DNA of 63,670 nt, filler included, from Octopus bimaculoides (lineage: Eukaryota), in the NCBI RefSeq assembly GCF_001194135.2. It is 6 parts of 6 records of this genome, joined end to end, with 100 filler letters (N's around TTAATTAATTAA, not from the genome) between each part and the next. Parts side by side here need not be neighbours in the genome. Positions count along the whole stretch, not along the records: positions 23,276 to 31,659 come from NC_068997.1; positions 31,760 to 33,803 come from NW_026373718.1; positions 33,904 to 36,157 come from NC_068989.1; positions 36,258 to 61,329 come from NC_068981.1; 2 more parts are not named here. One strand, 5' to 3'. Both the position numbers and the translations under genes were made by a program. The notes under the pieces were generated by a model, which saw nothing but the letters and a program-made list of their open reading frames with translations, was not told the origin of the DNA and did no database searches. Positions 24,357 through 36,995 of the stretch are shown piece by piece; the first letter of the stretch is position 1; each line of letters opens with the position of its first letter.

Positions 24357-24500
24357 CTGTTCGTTCTTTCTATCTACTGTGCATGTACCCGCTCAATGAT
24401 ACACCACTTATAGCCGTTCGTTGCCAGGCAGCTACAACACCGATTTTTGCTTTAGTCGCTGTTCAAGTCGGAGATTTAGGTGATAAGTCAACCTGAGTAT
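24357..24500 (-). promoter_or_regulatory. Possible non-coding first exon / promoter-proximal region of a minus-strand gene
   Basis: Unique CpG-containing sequence ending in a good donor, GAACGAACAG|GTAAAC, at 24357/24356. It lies just right of the CpG-depleted domain that holds the candidate exons. Inference only. Confidence 0.2.
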
Positions 24501-24684
24501 TTATTATATATACTTATTGCAATACGTTATTAGATGCGAATTTACCTGAAATGTGTGGGTTCGAATACATCTCAAGCATATCTGAACTGATAAGAAGTGT
24601 GTGTGTGTGTCTGTGTATGCGAGCGCGTGCTCACACACACACGCGCGGGGTGTTCATGAATTATCTATTTCTACTATTTATTGT

Positions 24685-24830
24685 AAAAACCATGCCAAAA
24701 CAGACACGGTAGCTTGGTGTAGTCTTCTTCTACCTGGCCGGCTCCTGTCAAACCGTCCAACCCATGCCAACATGGGAAAGAAGACGTTAAATGATGGTAA
24801 TAACGACGATGATGAGGATGATGGTGATTG
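24685..24830 (+). mobile_element. RTE-type 3' end fragment with (GAT)n-like tail
   Basis: CCTGTCAAACCGTCCAACCCATGCCAACATGGGAAAGAAGACGTTAAATGATG; a CpG-decayed inverted copy is at ~8600-8650. The RTE assignment is from recall of this family. Confidence 0.5.
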
Positions 24831-25872
24831 TATCTATCAAAATTGAGATCCAATGGCATCTAAGTGGGAGCGTTGTGATGTTTCTAATGAAACTGCCGGT
24901 TTTTTGATAAACTGTTAACTGTTCCTTATATATCGTTTCTTCATTACAATATATACATACAATATATATGTTTATTGAATATCATTTTTATACTGTATAT
25001 ATTTTTAATGGTGTAACCCGAAGTAGATAATGCTGTTGATAATAATAGCATGTAGAATATTCGATTTAAAAAATATCCTTGGATTGAAAAAATCGACGGC
25101 TATCCATGAATCTCTAACTCTCATATTCTATAAACATGACACGTTCTCACAATGTGTGTATGTATGTGTGTGTGTGTGTGTGTAATCTAGTTACCTGTCA
25201 GAAGAATTATAGCGTGATTGTTAACACTAAGCGATCATTGACGCTTATCATTACTTGATGAGGTTAGCCGTAAGCTGGAACATACCTGAGAGCTATCACG
25301 GTACCCCGCCTGGATAATTTTATCCCTACACACACACACACACAGTTATAGCCAAAGTTATACTGACTGTCTCACGTTTGACCAGTTCACCAGCATCCAA
25401 TGTTAGAACAAATGTGACTGTAATATATGCAGAATAAACGTTTTCTTTTTTTCCTTTATATAAAAGAAATCATTGAATAAGTTACGTTGACGATATAAAA
25501 GTTTTTGATGTTTATGGGGACGCTATTGTTTAAGGTTACCGTTAATGAACGACTACGCGTACGCACATTCACACAGTTTTAGTGACCAATGATGACGGTT
25601 GGTTGTTCTGTTTACACGACAGGGAATATATACAGGAACATGATGCAGGGAGTTCCACACTTGTCCTCAAACATCAACCACCACCACCACAACCACCACC
25701 ATTAGCGCCACTATCCCCGTCACCACCGTCTTCATCACTTTAGCAGGTGTTTCAAAGAGAGTGTGAGTGAGGCAGGGAGGGGAGACAGGCAGGCAGGCAG
25801 GCTGGCAGGCAAGGAAACCCCCCGTTTGGAAGCAGGGATCTCTTCGCAATATCTGGGACATTTAAAGAGAGG

Positions 25873-26044
25873 TTTAATGTGTTGGCAGCAAACAATGGGA
25901 ATTAACACATTTGTCTCTGCCATTATTCACCTCCCCCTCCCCTCCCGCTCATNNNNNNNNNNTTTAATGTGTTGGCAGCAAACAATGGGAATTAACACAT
26001 TTGTCTCTGCCATTATTCACCTCCCCCTCCCCTCCCGCTCATTA
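25873..26044. repeat. ~80-bp direct duplication across a 10-N gap (25873-25952 = 25963-26042), probably contig-overlap artefact
   Basis: Identical TTTAATGTGTTGGCAGC...CCCTCCCGCTCAT on both sides of the N10. Confidence 0.85.
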
Positions 26045-26221
26045 TAGCTCCTTCCCCCCTCTTTTTTCTTTCACCTTGTTCATTCTCTCTCACTCTCTCT
26101 CTCTCTCTCTCTCTTCCCCTTTCTTACTCCAGCCTATTTTTTTACCTTGTACCAGCATCCCAACTTCTATCTATCTATCCATCAATCAATCAGTCTATCT
26201 ATCTATCTATATATCCATTTG

Positions 26222-26254
<33 letters not shown>

Positions 26255-26261
26255 TTATTTA

Positions 26262-26301
<40 letters not shown>

Positions 26302-26345
26302 TTTATTTATCTATCTATCTATCTATCTATCTATCTGTCTGTCTA

Positions 26346-26390
<45 letters not shown>

Positions 26391-27615
26391 GTCTCTCTCC
26401 CGCATTTCTCTCTCTCTCTCTCTCTCATACAGTGTGTCTATCTTTACCTTGTTTTACTTTTACCTTATCGTTGTATCACCTTTTCCCCCGTGACTCCTCT
26501 TTCGTTCTACTCTCTCTCTCTCTCTCTCCCTTACTCCAGTCACTCTATCACTCTATCTGTCACCTTCCCCCGCCACTCTCCTTTTTCTCTCTATTCCTCT
26601 TACACTTTATCGGTCACGTAACTTAAACCATGCACTCTTTCTCTTTACCCCCTAAAAAAACCCCATTTAACCATACATCCTCTTGCAACTTCGGACCTTC
26701 TAGAACCTTCATTCTTTCTCTCTCACTCGCCCTACCACCATTTTACTCTCTCTCCCTCAACGTGTGTTTTCACCTTTTGTTCTCTTACAGCTTTCCTTTC
26801 CTCCACCTTTCACTCTTGCTCTCTCTCTCACTCAGTACTTTTTCCTACTCTTTCTTCAACTCCCTTCTCACCCTCTTTATCTTAGCAACTCTCACTTCCT
26901 CTCATGCTCCCTACATCTCAGTCTCTTTATCTCTCTCTCTCTCACTCCCACCACTACATAGTCACTCCACACCATCTTTATTTAAGCCTTTCTTTAATTC
27001 CCTAACTCTAAACCTCTTTATCTTAGCAACTCTCCTAAACCTCATCTCTCTCTCTCTCTCTCTTTCTCTCTTCCTCCAGCCATTCATCTTTACGTTGCAT
27101 CACAACCATCTGCTACCGATGTGTGTGTGGATATATATATATATATATATATACACATACGTGTTTCTGTATATGTCAGAGATACAGACACGTGTACATA
27201 CTTTTTGTTATATATGTATGTGTTTATAACACACTTATAGGTTCATAAGTTTAAAATAAAAACAACTTCCTTTTTTACGTATGTATGTATGTATGTGTAT
27301 TTATGTAAAAACATTTCTTCGAAATTATAACTGTGTGTGTATACGTGTGTGTATACGTATGTATATAAATGGATACATACAAGCATCATCTTCATCATCA
27401 TCATTTATCACCAACATATACTGTGCATTCTTGCTTTCCCGTCTTATTACTTTCACATAGTTCTTAATTAATTCTTAATTAGGTATATAGATCACTCTCT
27501 CTCTGAAAAATACGTTTTAATTTGTTTAACACAAATTAAAAACGTGCCCCGTAAGATATATACATATACATACAAAACACACACACACACACATGTATTC
27601 ATATGTATGTACGTA

Positions 27616-27655
<40 letters not shown>

Positions 27656-27880
27656 ATATTTACGTGCACACAATGTTGTTTATACGCGTACAATTCCCAT
27701 GGGTGCAGCTTCTGTGTCTCTGCGGTAGCTAAGCTGTCTGTTCTAAACACCTGGATGTGTAATAAACACTACACGAGGCGAATGCACATGCATAGATGTA
27801 TGTATACTTGCATATGATGAGCATGTGTAAACTTTATTTCAAATCCCTTCGTCCTCCTCCTCTCTCTCTCTCAGACACAC

Positions 27881-27926
<46 letters not shown>

Positions 27927-29509
27927 GCTTTCTACATATTTTAGGATGGAAATTTTTTAATTTTATCTTTTGAAATTTTTGAACTAAAATAAAATTGAAA
28001 CTAATAAAATAGACATGGAATAAGAAACATGCATTGTGTGTGTGTGTGTGTGTGTGTGAAGAAAAGCTTTAAAAAAACCCACATGCACAGACGCACACAT
28101 ATACAACCACATGCTTGTTATACATATATATATTACTTTACTATATATGCACACACACATGCATATATAGATATACATATACACGCGCCCATATGCAGTT
28201 GCATATATACATATTATATACATGCATTCAATTATATACTCACATACTAACCTCTCTCTCTCTCACACACACATATACATACATACTTACATACATACAT
28301 ACATATATCTATCTTAGTGTATTCATATATATACACCCTGTCATGTTTTTACCGCTTTATCTGTACTTGATGATAAATAGATACACGTAGAATTTGTGGT
28401 GGTGGTGGTTGGGGAAATCGGAGAAGGGGTGTAAGGAGGCTGTAGCAGGGTTAAGCTGTTTCGGTGGTGGTGGTCGTGTTGGCTGTCGTTTGCTGTTGTG
28501 GTGGCACTTAGTGCGTTTTGCATGACGGTATGGAGGTAGTGTTGGTATTACTAAGCATGTTCTTGTAAAGGTGATGGTAGTAGTAGTAGTAGTGATGGTG
28601 CTGATGATGGTAGCAGTAATAGTTGTAGAGGTGGTGGTAGTGTTGGTAGTATAGGTGCTAGTTCATGATAGTGGTGACAATACGGATTGTTGTGGTGGGG
28701 TTTTTTTGTCCGATGAAGGCAAGGCGAAGCAGTGCTCCCGGTGAAAACAAACAAACAAACAAAAAAAGCTGGTAGAAACAGTGTCGTGGTGGTCGGCATT
28801 TGTAGAAGTAGTGATGGTGGTGGTGGTGGTGGTAGTGGTGACGGTGGTTGTACGTACAACACACGTGTGTAACATGATGTCTACGGCGGCGTGTGTCCAA
28901 AAATCAATCGATTATTTATAATATGAAAAGGGGAGATTACCACCGCCGTCACCACACCACCATCATCATTATCATCATTGATCAGTCTCTTCATCTCTCT
29001 TTCTCTCTCTCTCTCTCTCTGTTCTTTCTCCCCCCCCCTCCACCCCCTCCGTTTCTTGTCTTTGATTTTTTAAATTTTTTATTCTAGTATTTTTTTTATG
29101 ATTGTTTTTCTTTTGTTTTTTTTCTTCAAGTTTTCCAATTGATATTAAGATTTTCTTTCTTTATTTTTTTTTTCTTCATTCATCTTTTCACCTTACCCGT
29201 CCACCACCCCCTCCCTCACACTCAACCCTCATACCACATCACACCTACCCGCAGCCGTCGCTTCCGCACACTTCCACCACCACCATCACCACCCCCACGT
29301 CCCAGATGTCGACTCCTCCCCTCCTTTCACCCTTTTCATATCTGCACACCTTGTCCTAGCACATTATCTATCTATCTATCTACCCATCTATCTATCTACC
29401 TATCTATCTATACCTTCCTATCTATCTATCTGTCTATCTATCTACCCATCTATCTATCTACCTACTTACCTATCTACATATCTATCTATCTATCTATCTA
29501 TCTATCTGC

Positions 29510-29547
<38 letters not shown>

Positions 29548-29596
29548 TTATCCATATATATGCCTCTCTATATCCAAACTATCCCTCTATCAACCC

Positions 29597-29629
<33 letters not shown>

Positions 29630-31429
29630 AATCTGTCTTTATCTCTCTATCTTTCCCTCCCTCCTCTCATTTTAATATTTCCTTCTTTAACTCTATCCCA
29701 TCTCTCACCACCACCACAACCACCACCATCTACCTATCTACCTCTCTAACTTTCTCCTATTCCTCTCCTCTCGTATCCCAGTCTTCCTCTTTATCTCTCT
29801 TCTCTTTCTCTCTCTCTCCCTCCCTCCCTCGTTCTATTTCTTAGTCTTTCACACCACCACCGCCATCATTCGCCCATCCAACCATCAACTTATATTAAAC
29901 TCCATGTTACCTCTTATCTCTCCTCCCCTTCTTTTTCACTCCCTCTCTCTTTCTCCTCCATCCATACTGCTCCACCTATCCCTCCCGTGTGTCTTGACGG
30001 AAATAGGTCAACTGGATTCACTAGCAAGTCACTCGCTCCCATCCCATCTTCTTCTGGTCTCCTCCACATATGTGCGCGCGTGCGTATGCCATGCATACAT
30101 GTGTGTGTGTGTGTGTGTATGTGTGTGCATGCGCATGCATGTGTCTGTCTGTGTGTTTGTACCGCATGTTTGTGTACACACCTTTGTGTCTTTACACGTG
30201 TCCGTGTAAACACCTTTATGTCTGCGTATATCTCTACACACACCTTTCTGTCTACGTTATGTGTCTGTATACGCACCATTCTGTCTACATATACAGCTGT
30301 ATACATACCTTTATGTGTGTGTGTATATATATATATATATATGTATATGTATATATTTACATATACCTTCATATTAATGTATGTGTCGGCGTACATACGT
30401 GTTCTTGTGTATACACCCTTGTAGCCTATGCATGTCCGTGTATACACCTTTGTGTCCACATGTGCAACTGTGTGTACACTTTCTGTCCCTTACACATCGG
30501 TACCTGTATGTTATATGCACGTATGTATGCATGTATAGACACATGTGTATATATATATATATATATACACTACACACACACGTACATATTCGCGCACACA
30601 CACACACACACACATACATACACACCTTTATGTTGTCGGTATGTATGTGTGTATACACACACCTTTATATCTACACATGTGTCTATGCATGTGTATGTGT
30701 ATATAAAAAGAGAGAGAGAGAGAGACTATTGTACGTTAGTGTTTGAATATACACACCTTTGTGTCTGCAAGTGTGTGTATGTACCATATGTTTAATACAT
30801 TTGTGTATATATGTGTGCTGTTTTGTGAGCGCACGCTCTCGTGCATATGTATATTGTTTGTGTGTGTGTAATGTACATACCACAAAGGTGTGCTATATAC
30901 ATTACATATTCTGTACGCAGAGCCCTGTAGGTGGCTCCGTCTGTGTACATGTGTGGTGATGTATTTCTCATTGACACATGCTTGTGTGTGCGTGTGTGTG
31001 TGTGTGTTGCTTCCACTCTTTGTCAACAGCACCAGCACCACCCTCACCTCTTCCATTACCACCCACACACCCACCGTTGCTGTGTGTTCTAGCATTCTCT
31101 GCTTTGCATCCAATGCCAGGCCGAAACCTTTAGAATATCAGACACACAGAGAGAGAAACGGAGAGGTTGGAGAGAGAGAGAGAGAGAGAGCAGTGGTTTG
31201 TGGTACTGGTGGTGGCGGTGCTGGTAGGGGAGGTTTAATGCTGCTAGCAGAAAGTGGTTGTGTGTATGTGTGTGTATGTGTGTGTGTGTGTGTGTGTGCA
31301 AATATACATATGGCTGGATAATTTCTGGTTATGAACTTGTGAATATGTATGGCTGTAATGTATACGAACATGTGTATGTATGTGTATATGTGCATGTATG
31401 TGTACTTATATATAGATATGTATACATAT

Positions 31430-31465
<36 letters not shown>

Positions 31466-31759
31466 TAACCTATATAAAATAACATGCAAGTTGTGTGAAT
31501 CTAATTATAAATATATATTATACATAGATATCCATGTACACACACTTGTATATATTATGTGTGTGTGTGTATGTATATATACCTATCATTACACACATAC
31601 GAATATATATATATATATATATATATATCTGTATATCTACATATAAATACATATGCATTNNNNNNNNNNNNNNNNNNNNNNNNNNNNNNNNNNNNNNNNN
31701 NNNTTAATTAATTAANNNNNNNNNNNNNNNNNNNNNNNNNNNNNNNNNNNNNNNNNNNN

Positions 31760-31925
31760 GACCAACACAAGCTGTCAACCCAGCTGGGTCCTTATTGAAG
31801 AGAACATGGTAATCAAGATCTAACTCAGAAAATTGAGCAACATGGCCAAACAGTCTGAGCTGGTATTCCCAAATCATACAAGTAACAGGATGCATCTCAA
31901 TTTCTGAATCATTGTGCTGTGTAAG
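31760..31925 (-). mobile_element. RTE LINE ORF C-terminal fragment
   Basis: PVTCMIWEYQLRLFGHVAQFSELDLDYHVLFNKDPAG matches the RQLRLxGHVAR motif region. Confidence 0.65.
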
Positions 31926-32709
31926 GACCAGCATGCCAAAGAATAGACACAATGTCTCCTGTGTGTCTTGTCAAAGGTGACTAAAGTTGAGATAGGATTT
32001 GTACTCCAGCCTTGTAAAACTTACCAGCCACAACCTCTTACTGAATGGAAAAAACCCTGGAGTACAGGATGGGCCAGAGGGTTGTTGCCTGAGTGATGTA
32101 AAGGAGTCATCCATCAGGAGTGGGAAACGCTGTTCAATTTGAGGAGGCCTATTCGGGTGGGATGATTCCTGTATGCCTCTGATAAAGCAACCAGACAAAT
32201 TCTGTCAAGGTATTTATACATATATATACTTACTTTTTTCTCAAAAGTCTCAAGAAGATAGTGTAATAAGGTAACGTTTTTGTTAATACTGGATTTGGTG
32301 TCAATAATCTTGTTTAAACTTATTAGTTTGAAACCACTGGCATTCCCTCATTGACCTCGGTTCATGTAATTACCAAAAGCAAGGACAATTTCAAGTAGTT
32401 TCTTTAATTTCTTGCTTCTGAAAACTTCTTTTGATGCTTCCGTAACACCTAGTGAGAAAGAAAGAAAAATATTAATAGACTTGTATTTTCTTTGTTTTTA
32501 GAAAACATCTGAAGAAAATTCAAGTCTTCTATTGAAGTTTGTTGATGCTTGGATGATACTTTCTGTTTATAATAGAAGTGTTTGTATACATTAGCTGTTC
32601 CCAGTGAAACTGTTACAAATCTTTCACTTAGTTATTATGGATTGCTTTGTAGATAATAGGTTAGGGATTTTTAAAATTCTTGAATAAATGCTCTAGCACT
32701 CTACTTTTT

Positions 32710-33200
32710 CATAATAGCATTAGACTATGCTATAAGAATTTTCATGGCTGACCAATCTACTGGATTCACACTCACCCCCCAAAAAATGTTTAAGATTTTG
32801 AAGATAAATTTACCTTTTAATGGATCCAGTTGAAGAAACAAGAAGGGAAAAATTTCCAGTATTAAAGCTTACTGTTGCATATGCTTGGTCAGTATCTAAG
32901 AAAATGACAACAATATAGGAATCAAGTGTAAATTGAGGTCTGAAACTTAAATTCTGTAGAGCAACAATAGAAAGTGTGTCAGTGTATGATGCTGAAACAT
33001 GGATATGAACAAAAGCCCTTCAAAATGGCAATACTCAACATCTCTTGAAGGAAACATAAAAATCAGAGCTGAATTTTATGGCAAACTATCTCCAATAACA
33101 TTTTGAAAAGGAAGATTAAAGTTTATTGGCCACAGCTGGAGAAACAGTTATGAGGTCATATATTAATTGTTGCTATGACAGATGATGACCTCACATTACA
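32710..33200 (+). mobile_element. Decayed RTE-type LINE (late RT and C-terminus)
   Basis: Pieces ALDYAIRIFMADQSTGFTLT, RATIESVSVYDAETW, FYGKLSPIT, RLKFIGHSWRNSYEV. Confidence 0.6.
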
Positions 33201-33669
33201 TAGATAGACCAAAGGATACAAGATAATGGAATAATGTTGGAAAATCTGCCCTCTCCTATGGACAGCCATGGTTAACCCATTTGATATTGAACTGCCAAAA
33301 GTTGCATTTAGCTGTGTGATACAACCCTGTTTTCAAAGAGATCTAAATTAAAATCTGTCATCAAAATTTCATGTCAATTTACCTTCCAAGCATCAACTTA
33401 ATAATGACGAAACTATTTTACTAAATTCTTCATTATTTTAAGAATTAATTGAAGCAAGGGTAGCATTTTTCAAAAGAAATATGTTAACAAAAGGTTTAAT
33501 AGAGATCATTTGTTGGAAGTGTCTGAATTCACTCATACAAGTTTTATAGATAGAAGGGAATGCGCCTTCTTTTATTTTGGTGGGCATGTTGGTATTTTGC
33601 CTCCAGTGGTTACAATCTATTAAGTAACTGTGTATAAATATAGAAGAGTATATATGCAGAAGCATGAGT

Positions 33670-33803
33670 GGCAGATCTGCGCACTGCACCTATCCACCAA
33701 AATCAAAGTCTATGAGGCAGTTGTCATCACCATTCTCCTCAATGGATCAGAAACTAGGGTGTTGTACAGGAAGCAGGTCAAGCTGCTGGAATGCTTTCAC
33801 CAA
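33670..33803 (+). mobile_element. RTE/BovB-like LINE fragment
   Basis: LHLSTKIKVYEAVVITILLNGSETRVLYRKQVKLLECFHQ matches the TKxKVYxAVVxxxLLYGxETW...ERFHQ motif; truncated by a gap. Confidence 0.75.
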
Positions 33804-33903
33804 NNNNNNNNNNNNNNNNNNNNNNNNNNNNNNNNNNNNNNNNNNNNTTAATTAATTAANNNNNNNNNNNNNNNNNNNNNNNNNNNNNNNNNNNNNNNNN
33901 NNN

Positions 33904-33943
<40 letters not shown>

Positions 33944-33944
33944 C

Positions 33945-34125
33945 AAGGCGGTGAGAAACGTTATCATGCCGGGCGAAATGCTTAGCGGTATTTCGTCTGT
34001 CTTTATGTTATGAGTTCAAATTGCGCCGAGGTCGACTTTGCCTTTCATCCTTTCGGGGTCGATAAATTAAGTACCAGTTGACCATTCCCCTCCCACCAAA
34101 TTTCAGGCCTTGTGTCTATAGTAAA
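33945..34125 (+). mobile_element. SINE family A copy inserted in (ATT)n
   Basis: (ATT)n 5' flank, AAGGCGGTGAG head, GAGGTCGACTTTGCCTTTCATCCTTTCGGGGTCGATAAATTAAGTACCAG core and ATT tail. CpGs largely intact. Confidence 0.9.
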
Positions 34126-34172
34126 GATTATTATATTATTATTGTTGTTGTTGTTGTTGTTGTTGTTGTTAT

Positions 34173-34217
<45 letters not shown>

Positions 34218-35760
34218 GGCTATAGCTACTATTACTATTATAATGCGATTATTATACCAATATTACATTAATATCAGGATTATTATGAACATTATTATTA
34301 TTACTACCACTCTTACAACTACTACAACTTCTGTTATTACTACAGCTATCATCATCATCGTCCTCATCATCATCGTCATCATCATCATCGTCATCATCAT
34401 TATCATTATATTGTTGTTAATGTGACTATAATTATAGTTCTCATTATTGCCGCCATCGACGCCATTGTTCTTATTATGAAAACTTAACATCATATTTATT
34501 ATTGATATAATTAGCGTCGTTATTGTCATTATTAACATGATTCTCGCCCTCCTGACTATCACCACCGCCACCACTGTCACCATCACAACCACCAACACAA
34601 CCACCACCACCACCACAACAACCACAACAGCAACTAACAGTGCCACACCACAACTACTTTCACCATCACCTCCACCGTCATCAATACTATCACAACCACC
34701 ACCACCACGACCACCACAACAACTGCCACCACCACAAGCACTTCAGCCACCACCACCAACATCACCACCACCACNNNNNNNNNNNNNNNNNNNNNNNNNN
34801 NNNNNNNNNNNNNNNNNNNNNNNNNNNNNNNNNNNNNNNNNNNNNNNNNNNNNNNNNNNNNNNNNNNNNNNNNNNNNNNNNNNNNNNNNNNNNNNNNNNN
34901 NNNNNNNNNNNNNNNNNNNNNNNNNNNNNNNNNNNNNNNNNNNNNNNNNNNNNNNNNNNNNNNNNNNNNNNNNNNNNNNNNNNNNNNNNNNNNNNNNNNN
35001 NNNNNNNNNNNNNNNNNNNNNNNNNNNNNNNNNNNNNNNNNNNNNNNNNNNNNNNNNNNNNNNNNNNNNNNNNNNNNNNNNNNNNNNNNNNNNNNNNNNN
35101 NNNNNNNNNNNNNNNNNNNNNNNNNNNNNNNNNNNNNNNNNNNNNNNNNNNNNNNNNNNNNNNNNNNNNNNNNNNNNNNNNNNNNNNNNNNNNNNNNNNN
35201 NNNNNNNNNNNNNNNNNNNNNNNNNNNNNNNNNNNNNNNNNNNNNNNNNNNNNNNNNNNNNNNNNNNNNNNNNNNNNNNNNNNNNNNNNNNNNNNNNNNN
35301 NNNNNNNNNNNNNNNNNNNNNNNNNNNNNNNNNNNNNNNNNNNNNNNNNNNNNNNNNNNNNNNNNNNNNNNNNNNNNNNNNNNNNNNNNNNNNNNNNNNN
35401 NNNNNNNNNNNNNNNNNNNNNNNNNNNNNNNNNNNNNNNNNNNNNNNNNNNNNNNNNNNNNNNNNNNNNNNNNNNNNNNNNNNNNNNNNNNNNNNNNNNN
35501 NNNNNNNNNNNNNNNNNNNNNNNNNNNNNNNNNNNNNNNNNNNNNNNNNNNNNNNNNNNNNNNNNNNNNNNNNNNNNNNNNNNNNNNNNNNNNNNNNNNN
35601 NNNNNNNNNNNNNACCACCACCAACATCACCACTACCACCACCACCATCACAACTACCATCACCACGATTACCACCACTACCACCACAACAACCGCCACC
35701 ACCACAACTACCTCAACCACCACCACCACCACCACCACCACCACCACCACTATCATCATC
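34126..35760. repeat. Trinucleotide microsatellite mosaic (ATT, GTT, ACT, CAT, CAC) spanning a large N gap
   Basis: Directly visible; source of the poly-T/H/P/V ORFs. Confidence 0.95.
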
Positions 35761-36374
35761 GTCATCATTATAATTATGAATTTATGGTCTTGATTTTCGC
35801 TGCCTTTTTTTTTTCACCTTTTTCTTTGTATAGCTCTGCATGTAATTTCTGTCTGTTTCTTTTTTTAAAGATTTTCGTGAAATTTTTCCATAATTTCATC
35901 TTAGTGTTTCTTTCTTAATCAGCCTGGCTTATTGTCCCTTATTTTTATTTTTGTGTATATATATGTGTGTGTATATATATGTGTGTGTATATATGTGTGT
36001 GTATATATGTGTGTGTATGTATGTGTATGTGTGTTTTCTCCAATCAATTCTGTACACAGATACGTCGATTAGACGATTTTGGCATATGTCAAGAGGCCAA
36101 CATATTGCGAGGAAGTTAAGCTAGACATCTTCACATTGTGTGTGTATATATATATATNNNNNNNNNNNNNNNNNNNNNNNNNNNNNNNNNNNNNNNNNNN
36201 NTTAATTAATTAANNNNNNNNNNNNNNNNNNNNNNNNNNNNNNNNNNNNNNNNNNNNAAACATTGGATCGATGAAGTCAACTTATTCTCTCCCCCAAAAT
36301 TGCTGCCCTTGTGGCAAAAATTTGAAACCATTATTATTGTTGTTGTTGATGATGATGATGCTGTCAGTATTATT

Positions 36375-36960
36375 CTTTTAACTCAGATTTTATTAGAACT
36401 CCTGGAGCCTTTTGTGGGTATCGGGCTTGCTATCTGCAGCCTATTATAGTTTATCTGTTCTTTTCAACTATCTAATACTTTACTGATGATTTTGGCCGTG
36501 CCAACGAGGTAAATCTTACGTAACATTTCTACTGGGTGCTCTATTCCCATTTCCTTTAAATTCCTACTGATGTCTTTTGATTTTGTTCCTAGAGATCCAG
36601 CAATGATTATCTTCACATTATCTTCACCGTCTTCATTTTCCACAGTCAGGCTAACTCGTATTGAAGAGGATTTTATATGTCTATTTTTCCGACTTCTTTC
36701 TTGATAATTCGTGTGTCAAAGGGGTATTATGAAGTTCATGTAGCTCACCTTGTCTACCACCGCTAAGACTGACATGTTAAGCTCAACCATCTGATCTATA
36801 TTGGTTTTGTACAAATCGAGGGCATTCTTTTACGATATGGACAATAGATTCGTCCACTCTATTACAGATTTGGCACAGTGGAGACACTTGTGCATCCTTA
36901 AGTTTGACCCTCCAAGAAGTAACCAAAGCTTGGTCTTACGCTGCCAGTATTGTGTTCTCG

Positions 36961-36995
<35 letters not shown>

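Noticed and set aside
25875-25925. Possible pre-miRNA hairpin
   Set aside because: The best pairings give only ~8 contiguous bp or many mismatches, far short of a typical Drosha/Dicer stem.
25873-26044. Tandem duplication of a motif-rich block as a biological duplication
   Set aside because: The two identical copies flank a 10-N gap, the signature of unmerged contig overlap.
26001-31482. Numerous 100-240 aa ORFs rich in YLSI, CV/HT, SL and P/H/T
   Set aside because: They are translations of TATC, TG/CA, CT and CAC microsatellites, which lack stops in some frames; no domain content.
33945-34040. tRNA-like A and B boxes as possible tRNA genes (all SINE heads)
   Set aside because: No complete cloverleaf or acceptor stem; each continues into a SINE body and tail.
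34537-35793. Longest ORFs in the track (341-418 aa) and similar X-filled ORFs at 48, 51, 55, 57, 59 and 62 kb
   Set aside because: They are read through N gaps and triplet or dinucleotide repeats.
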